Source: Mustelus asterias (Eukaryota). Taken from it: DNA of 64,000 nt. Positions 50,153 through 61,842 of this stretch are shown here, piece after piece. The translations under genes and the position numbers were made by a program. The stretch lies in the NCBI RefSeq assembly GCF_964213995.1, contig NW_027590144.1:868001-932000 (forward strand), read 5' to 3'. The notes beneath the pieces were generated by a model. The model saw nothing but the letters and a program-made list of their open reading frames with translations, was not told the origin of the DNA and did no database searches. Positions within the stretch are counted from its first letter, which is position 1; the number at the start of each line of letters is the position of its first letter.

Positions 50153-50897
50153 TTCATTAAACTTCCTCATGTCGTGCAAGGGAAAATTGCTGGATTCCAG
50201 ATTGGTGTTTATCATTTATGCGCATGAACGTTTCACGCCCATTATAAAAAAGGCTCAAGAGTCACGAACAGATAACTCTTGAATTTCCTCCATTAAAATG
50301 GAGTTGACTTTTTTAAAAGCTGACGATAGTCAATCTCAAATTTGCGGTCAGTTTTATCCGAGGATACGCTTCGTTCTGTTGGGCAGTTTTGTTTGCAATT
50401 CAGTGATGTTCAATTTCAGAGATATTCAATTCAAAATGAAGACATATGTGTTAAATAATGCATTGATATTAAATATTGAAACAGATTCTGAGTACAATTG
50501 TACAATGAGCTTTGATAAAGTTTCATCTGGACTCGAAACGTCCGCCCTTTTCACTCCTTACAGGTGCTGGCAGACATTGTGAGATTTTGCAGCATTTTCT
50601 CTTTTCTCATCCGCAGTAATTTGCTTTTATTACTGAGGGCAATTGATTGAGATTATTCGATGAAAGCTGAAAATGATGCATTAATGAATGGGCAGAAACC
50701 ATTGCTCCCTTAGATATTTGCCAGCCGAACGCTTTTAAATTTTGATGTTCGGGATAAGTCGTGCAATCAGATTGAAAGTAACGGTTATCTTCCTGAATTC
50801 AGTGACATGGGCTCTCAGTCTCACCATCGGAACCTGCAGCATCACAGCGTAGTTGAACATTGCGGACAGGCAGATTTGCTCTGACGTGCTCGGCGCT

Positions 50898-50971
50898 GTT
50901 TCTATAGTGTAGTGGTTATCACGTTAGCTTCACCTGCAAAACGTTTCCTTGTTCGAAACGGGGCAGAAACA
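50898..50971 (+). pseudogene. tRNA-Val(CAC) pseudogene
   Basis: Val 5' half intact; anticodon stem and T stem degenerate. Confidence 0.75.
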
Positions 50972-51427
50972 TTCGTTAAGCTTTCACATGTCGGGTAAGG
51001 GAAAATTGCTTGTTCTCAGTTGAATGCTCAACATTATCGGAACTTCAATGTTAAAGGCATGTTTTCATTTCTCTGACATCACCCTCAAATGCTTCTGTGT
51101 AATAAGAAGCGCTTTTTATGACGCACTGACAGGAAATTTCGATTATGTCACCGAGGACATCTTCGCATCTCGTTCAGTCTACAACAGAATTTAATGGGTT
51201 TATAGGTGCAGACTAATATGTTTAATCACCATCTGAAATATCTGATAGTAGTGTGCGCTCAAAAAGACAGATACAAGTGATACTCTAAGTCAACTAGAGG
51301 AAATGGCGCACATTTCACAGAAGATTCTTTTTAAAAATCGTTTTTCATCACTAAGAAACAGGAAAAGCCACTCAGACAGATGAGGGAATCGAGACTCAGT
51401 GCGGATCTACTGGACTTTCCTGTAAAC

Positions 51428-51803
51428 ATTGAATTTCGTGAATTTTGTTGTTTCAACTGTGGATGTCGTATCTGCAACGTTCACATTTGCATCACTTCCA
51501 GTGTTTTCCTCAGCTGAGATTCCAGACTCTGTTGTCTCAGTAGCAGATGCACCAGGGTGTGGTTGTTTTGGACTTTGGTGATCACCTTGGGTTTGTCGAT
51601 CCTTATCTGTTTCTGGAGTAAAGTAACTGTCAACGTTTGGTAATTTTTTGAGTTGCTCTTCAAGCGAGTGCTTTCTTTTTCTTTTCTGGTATCTGCTCTT
51701 AAATGTTCTCTTCATTGTAAACCTTCTGAAATTTTGTGAGGCCCCTGCGGATTGTGAGGCCCTAAGCTGTAGCTTATTTAGCTTATGCCTAAATCCGGCA
51801 CTG
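51428..51803 (-). mobile_element. hAT-type DNA transposon 5' end (TIR plus transposase N-terminus)
   Basis: The minus strand starts cagtgccggatttagg (hAT-like TIR) and has subterminal gggcctcaca repeats. The frame from 51715 reads MKRTFKSRYQKRKRK..LKKLPNVDSYF. Confidence 0.6.
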
Positions 51804-51967
51804 GGATCACCGTTACTCATCTCTGAAAATAGACAACAGACACGCAGCGTGTTAGAAGGAGCAACAACAGCGGAATAATGGCCCAGAGATGGAAATGGGC
51901 AATGAATATGGTGATTGGCGGATTTCAGACAAAGGTTCAAAATGGCCGCCCTGTGATCAGGACAATA

Positions 51968-52131
51968 TGTGGAGATGCCGGCGTTGGACTGGGGTAAACA
52001 CAGTAAGAAGTTTAACAACACCAGGTTAAAGTCCAACAGGTTTATTTGGTAGCTTTTGTGGCTGAGAAAAGGTGTGGCTTTTGCTACCAAATAAACCTGT
52101 TGGACTTTAACCTGGTGTTGTTAAACTTATT
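51968..52131. mobile_element. Inverted Penelope termini with 12-bp TSD, forming a 46-bp perfect inverted repeat
   Basis: atcaggacaata at 51956-51967 and 52132-52143; arms at 52008-52053 and 52083-52128. Confidence 0.85.
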
Positions 52132-52357
52132 ATCAGGACAATAACCAGAGACAGACAGAGCTTCACCCCCATAGTTCCAGTCTGAACACCAGAAACAGAG
52201 GCAGTGATCACTGTCTGCATAATATCTGGAAATGGAGAAGTTGAAACAGTCAGTGGACTGTTATGAGGTCGAAAGTGACTCCGTCTCTCCGCCCATTTTT
52301 ACATCTTCAAACAGTCGCTTCCTCGAGAAGGGAATCGTGATTTTTCAGAAGTGATCA

Positions 52358-52380
52358 GAGAGCGCCCTCCCGTGGACAGC
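52358..52380 (-). promoter_or_regulatory. Candidate CTCF-binding motif
   Basis: Reverse complement tgtccacgggagggcgctct is close to the CTCF consensus. Confidence 0.4.
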
Positions 52381-52447
52381 AATGCCGCACATTGGAAACA
52401 GATACACGCACGACCACCTGCAAAGACTGACACATATCCAGGTAATG

Positions 52448-52680
52448 GAATCATAGAATCATAGAATTTGTACAGTACAGAAAAATGCCATTCGGCCCAC
52501 CGATCTGTACCGATCGCAAGCCTCCCAGGCCCTATTCCCGTAACCTCATACATTTACTCCGCTAATTCCCCTGACACTAGGGTCAATTTAGCAGAGCCAA
52601 TCAAACTAACCTGCACATCTTTGGACCGTGGGAGGAAACCGGAGGACCCGAGGAAACCCACACAGACACGGGAAGAGCAG
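52448..52680 (-). mobile_element. V-SINE, 5'-truncated
   Basis: gaatcatagaatcatag tail and V-core. Confidence 0.8.
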
Positions 52681-53303
52681 ATACACACACGGCCACGTGC
52701 AAAGATCAACACGTGCAAGGATATATAACCATATAGATACATCCCCAGACACTGTCATCAATTCTAACGTCCCTCGTTATAAATCCAGAATTATTCTGTA
52801 GATTTCTGACACATTAGTCTGAGTTGCTAACTATGAAAATACATGAATAACTCCAACTCCGTGTTCACTAGAAGCCTCGTATACCGCACAGAATCAACAA
52901 AAGCATAGACACAGGGACAAGTAAACACAGTGATCGATTCTCAAACTGATCGACTCAAACATCGACACACAGACAATCACTGAGGAAGATAAACAAACAG
53001 ATTAACACAGCCACTGACACACTCAAGAGAAGTGCACTCATTGACAATCTCAAAAGCGTACTAGTTCCAGAGTAACTTTCTGAACTGGAATTCCCCAGGG
53101 TCATGTCAGTGCGGCAATATCGTGTTAGATATTCATTGCGATGGAACTGTCCATTTTAACAACAGGAACAGCCAGAAATCTATTTCTCATCAATTGTGAT
53201 CATTAATTGATGACTCAACAGTGGACACTTTTGGAGAATAAGCAATAATGGATGTATTTATGTTTACAGCCAAACACATTCTGGATGTGTCCATACCATG
53301 TTT

Positions 53304-53588
53304 AAAGTTTATTTATTAATGTCACAAGTAGGATTATATATACTGCAATAAAGTTACTGTGAAAATCCCCTCGTCGCCATACTCCGCCGCCTGTTCGGGT
53401 ACACTAAGGGAGAAATTTACCATGGCAATGCACCTAACCAGCACGTCTTTCAGACTGTGGGAGGAAACTGGATCAAATCCACACAGACACAGGAAGAACG
53501 TGCAAACTCCACTCAGACCCAAGCCAGGAATCGAACCCGAATCCCTGGCGCTGTGAGGCAGCAGTGTGCTACTGTGCCATCGTGCCCC
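53304..53588 (-). mobile_element. V-SINE, same tail type as 3790-4070
   Basis: tRNA head, V-core and aataaataaacttt tail on the minus strand. Confidence 0.82.
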
Positions 53589-54199
53589 CCCACCCCCCCC
53601 CCCGTGTGAGGTCGCTGTAGGTAAGACAGATACCCCTCCCACCCTCGAGGTTGCCAGGTCGGATGTTCGGGACACAGGAGGACAACACAAGGACACTGCT
53701 TCAGGTACAGGTGATTAATTCTCCTCTGTTATATTCCATACTCTGTGGAAAGTTGTGGAGTTAATATTATATATAATTCAGAAATAATGAGGAGATGCTT
53801 TATCCGATTAAACCCGTTTTGTAAATTCGATTTGAAATCAATTGCATAAATAAACATATGTTTACATTGAAAACTATACTGGGAAGCTATATCCAATACT
53901 TCATGCCATTGGCTCAGTGAAACGTTGTTACTTAAAGCAAACTGTACATGGATTCCACAGAAACTCCTTTTTCAAATGAGGATTGGACAATGACTTGAAA
54001 GGGAGAAAAATCAGCTTCATGGAATGAGAGGAGGAAATTGAAATGAGAGCAAAGAACAGTACAGCACAGGAACAGGCCCTTCGGCCCACCAAGCCCGCAC
54101 CGACACGTCAGTTTGGTAGCTCGTCATAAAATAACTGGCATAGGCATGGTGGGTCGAAGGGCGTCTTATTGTTCTTTGCCATTGTCAACCATTTTCAAT

Positions 54200-55560
54200 C
54201 ATTACAACAATCTGAGGTCACGATCTGCTTCAAGAAGACGACCATCATCCCGCTACCTAAGAAAAATCAAGCAGCATGCCTTAATAACTATCGGCCGGTG
54301 TCTCTGACATCCATCATTATGAAGTGCTTTGAAAGGTTTGTCATGGCACGAGTCAATTCCAGCCTCCCGTACTACCTGGATCCACTAAAGTTGCGTACCA
54401 CTGCAACAGGTCCACAGCTGACGGCATTTCCCTGGCCTTGCACTCAACCCTGGATCACCTAGATAACAAGGACACACTCCTATTTATTGACTAAAGCTCA
54501 GCCTTCAACACTATTATTCCCACGAAACTCATCTCCAAACTCCGTGGCCTGGGCCTCGGCACTTCCTCTGTGACTGGATCCTGAACTTCCTAACTCACAG
54601 GCCACAATGTGTAAGGATAGACAACAACACCTCCGCCACAATCATCCTCAACACCAGTACCCCACAAGGCTGTTTTCTCAGCTCCCTACTATACTCCTTA
54701 TCTACCTGTGACAGTGTGACCAAATTCGATTTTCAAGTTTGCTGACGACACCACTATAGTGGGTCGGATCTCAAACAATGATGAGACAGAGTACAAGAAT
54801 GAGGTGGAGAATCCGGTGAACAGGTGCAGTAACAATAATCTCTCTCTCAATGTCAACAAAACGAAGTAGATTGTCATCGAATTCAGGAAGTGTAAAGGAG
54901 AACATGCCCCTGTCTACATCAACGGGGACGAAGTAGAAAGGGTCGAGAGCTTCAAGTTTTTAGGTGTCCAGACCACCAACTACCTGTCCTAGTCCCCACC
55001 CCTCCGCCCCCCCCCCCCCCCCGCCATGCCCACCAACACCTCTATTTCCTCAGAAGACTATGGACATTTGGCACGTCAGCTCCGACTCTCACCAACTTTT
55101 ACAGATGTCGCATAGACAGCATTCTTTCTGGTTGTGTCACAGCTTGGCATGGCTCCTGCTCTGCCCAAGACTGCAACGAACTACAAACCAGCCTCCCATC
55201 CATTGACGCTGTCTACACTTCCTGCTGCCTCGGCAAAGCGGCCAGCATAATTAAGGACACCACGTCCCCGGACATTCTCTCTTTCACCTTCTTCCTTCTG
55301 GAAAATGATACAAAAGTCTGAGGTCATGTCCCAACTGACTCAAGAATAGCTTCTTCCTTGCTGCTGTCAGACTTTTGAATGGAATTACCTTGCATTAAGC
55401 TGATCTTTCTCTGCACCCTAGCTATGACCGTAACACTGCATTCTGCAGACTCTCATTTCCTTCTCTATGAACGGTATGTTTTGTCTGTATAGCGCGCAAG
55501 AAACAATACTTTTCACTGTATGTTTATACATGTGACAATAATAAATCAAATCAAATCAAT
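54200..55560 (+). mobile_element. Rex1/Babar (L2-group) non-LTR retrotransposon 3' fragment
   Basis: FKKTTIIPLPKK..LNNYRPVSLTSIIMKCFERFV, SAFNTI, PQGC and KFADDTT motifs; (aatca)n tail. Confidence 0.8.
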
Positions 55561-55648
55561 TTCATTCTTGGATCAATATGTCTACAGCAGTCCCAATGAG
55601 TGTTGCAACATTTCAAGAGAGTCCTATTGTGTCCAACGGACGCCAGCA

Positions 55649-55721
55649 GTTTCTGTAGTGTCATGGTGGTTGCATTCGCCTCACACACGAAAGGTTCGTA
55701 GTTCAAAACCATGCCGAAATA
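55649..55721 (+). pseudogene. Outlying tRNA-Val(CAC) pseudogene with partial array unit (to ~55965)
   Basis: Val body plus the downstream array spacer. Confidence 0.72.
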
Positions 55722-56377
55722 TTATTAAAATTTGTTCATTAAGGGTGAGGGAAGTTTACATGATTGGAATTTGTTGTTGAACATTATCTGAAACTCAATA
55801 TTAATGTTATCTTTGCGCTGACCTCGGCCTCAAAATCTTACAGCAAAATCAGAGATCTTGTATTTTTATGACGCAATGAGAGGAAATAGATGTTGCTGTT
55901 TTGACACCGTGGACATATCAGCAACTCATTCAGACCACAACAGAATTTAATGGGTTTGTAGGTGCAGGTCCGCCGAGGCAGCATGGTGTGTGACCATCCG
56001 GTGGTGTTAATTGACCTTCCCCCAAACGGTGAACACATTCTTGGTTCCGATTACATGAATAAATGTAATTTTTCATTTGATCCAGCTAATCGATGCTTTT
56101 GGCAGAAAGTGCCCACGTTCCTGGCAGATAATTTAAATTATGGGGGAAATCCGCATGAGTGTCAGGTTATAGGCTATAGGTTATAACTTATAGCCGCAAA
56201 GGACCCCACAGGTCCGTTTATCCCGAAACAACAGGATACATGGTCAGGGACAAAACAGATAGCCACCCAATGGACAGACCCAGCCATGAGAATTTATGTC
56301 GGCGGTTATCCAAAATAGTGGATGGGACCAGAATCACAGGATGTGGCATTTATGTGGAACATGAAAGGGACAGCCAC

Positions 56378-57186
56378 GAATGGGTAACTAACAGAAAGCA
56401 AAGAGTGGGGGTAAATGGGTGTTTTTCTGGTTGGCGATCAGGGACAGGTGGTGTGCCTCAGGGATCAGCGTTGGGACCGCAATTGTTTACCATTTACATG
56501 GATGATTTGGAGTTGGGGAACAAGTGTAATTGCAGATGACACTCAGATGGGTGGAAGAGCAAAGTGTGCAGAGGACGCTGAAAGTTTGCAAAGGGATATA
56601 GGTAATCCAAGTGAGTGGGCGAGGGTCTGGCAGATGGAGTACAATGTTGGTAAACGTGAGGTCATCCATTTTGGTAGGAATAACAGCAAAATGGACTATT
56701 ATTTAAATGGTAAAAAAATGCAGCATGCTTCTGTGCAGAGGGACCTGGGTGTCCTTGTACAGGAATCTCAAGGAGATGGTTTGCAGGTGCAACACGTAAT
56801 TAAGAAGGCAAATGGAATTTTGTTCTTCATTGCTCGAGGGATAGAGTTTAAAAACACCGAGATTATGTTGCAACTGTATAAAGTGCTGCTGAGGCCACAA
56901 CTGGAGTACTGTGTACAGTTTTGGTCTCTTATTTGAGAAAGGATATACTGGATCTGGAGAAGGTGCAGAGGAGATTCACTAGGTTGATTCCGGCGTTGAC
57001 AGGGTTGGCTTCTGAGGAGAGACTGAGTGGACTGGGGTTATACTCATTGGAATTCAGAAGAATGAGGGGAGATCTTAGAGAAACATATAAGATTATGAAG
57101 GGAATCGATAAGAGAGAAGCAGGGAAGTTGTTTCCACCGGCGAGTGAAACTAGAACTAGGGGGCATAGCCTCAAAATAAGGGGAAG
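56378..57186 (+). mobile_element. CR1 fragment inserted in the ERV RNase H region
   Basis: [22 protein letters not shown] and RPQLEYCVQFWS. Confidence 0.9.
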
Positions 57187-57669
57187 CCAACATACACTCC
57201 GATAGCATGTAAGCGTGCAACAGCCTGACTGAGTTCCTACCGTTATGGGAAGCCAGAGTCTTCGTCTCTGCGGACAGAAGGGCCTATCGTTATCCTGCCT
57301 ATTGAAATATGTTCTGTAGGCCACCGAAGGGCGAACATATGGAATTATTAAGGTTTGAAGCCACCACAGGACCTCCCCACCTGGCAACTGTAAGGCCGAT
57401 GCATTAGCCAAGGCCAGTGCCCGTACGGGACAATTTTGGCAGCCACCTGTAGGAGAGCAAGTAAACGCTGTGGCCATTTGGCAAATTAATATAGACGACC
57501 TGGTCCAGGCACAGCGCACTGACAGTTCCCAAAAACAAATTTTAGAAGGAGTCTACCCAACCCCATATGAGAAATGGAAGGACAAAATACAGATTGAGGA
57601 TGGTTTGATATTAAAGGCAGGCACATACGTAATCCCTACCCTAGACAGAAATCAGCTTATCTACCAGTA

Positions 57670-58680
57670 GCATGGCAGACATGTCCCAGGGCATAGAGAC
57701 AACAATCGAGCGATTAAAATAATTATGTTGGTGGCCCGAACTGCACAACGACATTATATCGACAATTGTTTAATTTGTTCCCAGAATAACCCCAATAGAT
57801 ATGCAGAAAAGCGGGAGCTAAGGCACACATACCCAGTAGAAGGCCTTTGGACAAATCTCCAAATTGATTATATCGGCCCACTACCATCATGTAGGAACGG
57901 ATTTAAATACGTCCTAGCAATGATGGACACTCAAACCAAATGGGTTCCCACAAAATCCAACACAGCTAAGGCCACCGCAAAGATATTAGCCCAGCAGGTA
58001 TTTATACGATGGGGTCTTCCCCACAGCATAGAGTCCGACCAAGGGACACATTTCACAGGGCAGGTGATGCAGAACGTTATGGCTATGTTTGGCATCAAGC
58101 AGAAATTCCATATTGCCTACCATCCACAATCCAGCGGATTCGTAGAGCGCATGAACCGAACGCTAAAAGGGATCATTAGAAAGACAGTGCAGCAAAACAA
58201 CGCAACATGGGATACAGTACTTCCCTTTGCCCTCATGATTGTACGCAACACCATTTCCAGTTCTACTGGGTTCACCCCCCTTACATTAATGACTGGCCGA
58301 CCTATGAGGGGAGCTGAATACTTACTGTGGTTTGACTTAACTGAGCCTGCTATCACAGCGCTCACCCATGAGAAAGCCGTCCAGCAGATAACCGAAAACA
58401 TTAAAGCAGCCGAGTGAGCCGCGGCTGTCCGATTAGGAGTTAAAAAAGAAACAGAGCAAGGAATATTTCAATAAAAGGGTACACCCGGTAGAATATACGG
58501 CTGGCCAGCAGGTAATGATTTCCCTCTCCAACCCCAGTTCTTTCATGTCCCCGAGATATGCAGGTCCGCACACCATCACCGACAAATTAAGCCCCTCCCT
58601 CAGTGTATAAGGTCCTGATCGCCAACAGGAAAACCGGTTGGTTCCACGTCAATCAACTGAAAGCTTACGGGACTCAGAAT
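57670..58680 (+). pseudogene. Retroviral-type integrase (HHCC, DDE core, GPY/F-like C-terminus), frameshifted
   Basis: CLIC; WTNLQIDYIGPLP; IESDQGTHFTG; YHPQSSGFVERMNRTLK; PRYAGPHTI; WFHVNQLK. Confidence 0.9.
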
Positions 58681-60129
58681 AATCACTTCCACCATCTCAC
58701 ATTCGAGATAGGGGAAGATGACAGCCTCACCGGAAATATATTTCCACAGACACGTTCTCATCCACTTTCAGGTTCAGACCAGACGCTTACCCCTACCACG
58801 CTACAGCCCAGAGCCTCGTTCACACCTGAAGTGCCTCGAGGGGTACTGATCGACTTACACATAACAGGAGACTTGCGCACCCTCGAGGGCTGGCGCGACT
58901 CGCTAGATATCGGCCATTGAAGCATTATGGATTCTCCCATAAACATAAGCCTTAATAGCCACCGATGTAACAGGGAGGCCCTGACTAAACGACACCGGGT
59001 TATTTGATGGGGACACCCGGTGCTGCATCCCCCACCTGGATAAGGGACCAGACACGTACATTAATTAGAATGGAAGACGACGATAAAGGACTCCCGAACC
59101 CTGATCCAAACGCACACCCCACAGTGCAGTCCAACAAACAGACACGGGTATGGAGGCCAGGTGAGAAGATAATGATGGAGTCCCATGAGACAAATGATTC
59201 AGAAGATGAGCCTCTGTTGGGCAATTTGTTAACGGAAATGCTGAATGAATGGATCTAAGATGCTCCAAATAGTGAAATTCAGCCTACAGTCCAGACCAAT
59301 GCAAGGTACAAGAATATCTGATGGAAGCAGCCATTTAAAACCCCGCAACCTGCAGGTCCACCGTGACCGTCCGACAGTAAAATGTCCACGGTTAAGTCCA
59401 ACCGACTCATTTCCCATACCATTTTTATACTGCTCGTACGATTAACCGGGTTATTTACACAATCCGATGCTCTTTGGCCACTTTTCTCTCGTTAAGAGAT
59501 CATTAAGGCAACAATGCAAATCTTTGAGGCAGCTATTCTCAATTTTAACAGAATTGAGGCGGCTGTGCTAAATTTTAAAATCGTCAAGCCGACTGGGCTA
59601 CATTTTCAACTCTTAGAGGCACTTGTGCTAAATTTCAAATGCGTTCTGCCTTCAAATTCTAAGACACTCATGGAATGGACACCTCTTCACGTCATTACAG
59701 ACCGACTGCAGTGCTATTCGAATCCCTATGACTAATGGTGACTGCTACGAGAATAAAACAGGCTGCCTTGATTTTGCTGGCCAATTAAACAAGCTCATTT
59801 CCAACCACTCCACGACTCGTCCATTTATCGATCTGAACAAAAACGTTGCTCGGTAATGGTTCACAATTAGAATAAAGATTATGACACGTAAGTGACAATT
59901 GATATATCTGGGTCCTCCTGACCGCACCATTGTCGATAGTGTTCAAAACAAAAAGGGGGGGGGGGCATTGACAGTTTAAATATATGCATATACATCAAAT
60001 ATTGGATGCGATAACAGCAGAAATTACATTGATCTCCTCAAGACAACGTCGGACGGCGACAGAGATGCAACCTACGATCTACTCATCGGACTCATCATCG
60101 GGATAAGCACGCAGGACACTCCAAGCAAG

Positions 60130-61842
60130 GTGAACTTGTGGTATCCCAGTTATTTATGGTTTGCCCCACATGACGCTGGGGAATGTGAGGATGGCGTGTT
60201 ATGGGTGCATCCCGATAAGAGTATAATGTTTGGGTGTAACAACTAGCGGCTGATACACACAAAAACAAATGGCTGTTCAGCTGAATGTTATCTGAGTGTC
60301 ACCGTCGCAGGGGATTGGTGGGGATTTTAAAATAATGGATGCCCTGAAATTGGATGTCTGGCCAACAGCCCAGAAAAAGGATTAGAGCTCAGGCAGCAGT
60401 GCCCCGGGACACTCATGGAGAGGAACTTTGCATTGTACGAAATAAGAACTGGGCCGAAGCCAACCCCAGACCCATCCCACTCGATTTGTCCTGGAGCCAC
60501 CCCGGACCACAGAATGGATTGATACTAAAACACACAGGGGAAACCCTGTATGACAACATCCACCACAAATTGGTACCTGTGGTGGTGGATATAGCTGGGA
60601 CCCAACTGCTAGAGTGGTGCTCTCCCCAAATTAAGAGATTAACATCCACTTGACTCGCAGACTGTTAGGATGGAAGAGAAGAATGGATGAAAGGCAGGAA
60701 AGATCCAAGAGGGAGTTAGTCAATGACATGGCCACAGCATACGGGGCAGGGATAGCAAACAACAATGCCCGATTGAATTAGCCGACCTGGACAGTAAAAT
60801 TAGGATTCTGACCCAACAGGTTAAACAGACACGAAATTCCATTAATGAGGACAATCGGCAAGATGCTGAAGGGGAACTGACTGGGAACGCAGCCAGCAGC
60901 CACATGGTCGCTGTATTAGAAGGACACGTCAAGACAATCAATCAAATTATCAGGCAAAAATTAGAGGACGGTGACATAATGTCATAATAAATAAAGTAAT
61001 AATTCATAATGTCGGGACCGGGTCTATGAAGTGGAAAATACAAGGACTATCCATGAGGATATCTGGATAGGGTACGACGGCACTTTATCGTACGCAGTGG
61101 AGAAAGAAGGCAGACTCATAGGCACTACTCTGGACAGGTGTCGGCAAACTGACGAAATAATCGCATACCCGTTCCTAGTTTACTTAAATGAGCATGCACT
61201 GTGTGGCTTCAGAATAAACACTAGCCTAAATTGCTCACTGGAAGCTTGTAGCCTGGACACAGACATAACTCGAGTGGCTAACAAGGGAGTAGGGACATAC
61301 TGTCTCACCACCTCCCTGAAATAATATCAGTATGGCGCGACACGTAGTAACATTACGAACACTCCATTCTGCATCAAACCAGACCTATCAGCCACGGTGG
61401 GCCTCATTCAACTCATAGACATTCATAAGAGCGAGAGGGTAGATTTGAACGCCACTGACGAGCTCCGACAGGCTCTAGGGGAATACCATGAGAAATATGA
61501 CACAAGCCTTAAACCCCTACCGGAGGAGTTGAAGCAGATTCGGGTAAAATTGGCTACAGCCCACAGAACCTTCACCAAAGTAATACAGCAGACCCAAGAG
61601 GTGAAAAGGGGAATTAAATAAATTAAAGTCACCTCTTGCTGGGATGACGTTTGGAACTGGGGCTCAAACATCAAATCCACCCATTTGTTCACATTATGTC
61701 AGACATGGCGGTATTACTGATTTTGTTCACCCTGGTATATCTAATCATCCTCACAGTCCAATTCAGCCGATGGAGAAAGGGGATCACCCGGAGGCAGGAC
61801 GTTGGGTCCGCTCTTGAACCACGGTCCCCTCTAATTCAGTAG
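60130..61842 (+). pseudogene. env-like class I fusion glycoprotein remnant
   Basis: Furin site RSKR 60701-60712; Ala/Gly-rich peptide ELVNDMATAYGAGIA; heptad; Cys-rich block 61031-61380; second heptad; WDDVWNW; TM MAVLLILFTLVYLIILTV; short tail. Confidence 0.7.

Larger units (their letters stand above)
43720..51425 (+). repeat. Right block of tandem tRNA-Val gene array
   Basis: Same spacer blocks as 24645-31190; units from ~45000 to 51425 are much more similar to each other. Confidence 0.92.

Noticed and set aside
44792-50582. Recurrent short ORFs (MIRF..VCNSVMFNFRDIQF and similar) that look like a gene family
   Set aside because: They are chance frames in the repeated tRNA-array spacer, with inconsistent starts and stops between units.
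24645-51425. CRISPR-like or prokaryotic repeat system
   Set aside because: The repeats are kb-scale tRNA gene units in vertebrate DNA, with no short repeat-spacer periodicity and no cas genes.
51407-52090. 227-aa ORF as a real gene
   Set aside because: It is a chimera crossing a Penelope insert, unique DNA, a hAT end and array spacer.
57725-58417. Domesticated integrase gene (GIN1/NYNRIN-like)
   Set aside because: It is frameshifted and flanked by RNase H, env and PPT/LTR remnants, so it is part of a provirus.
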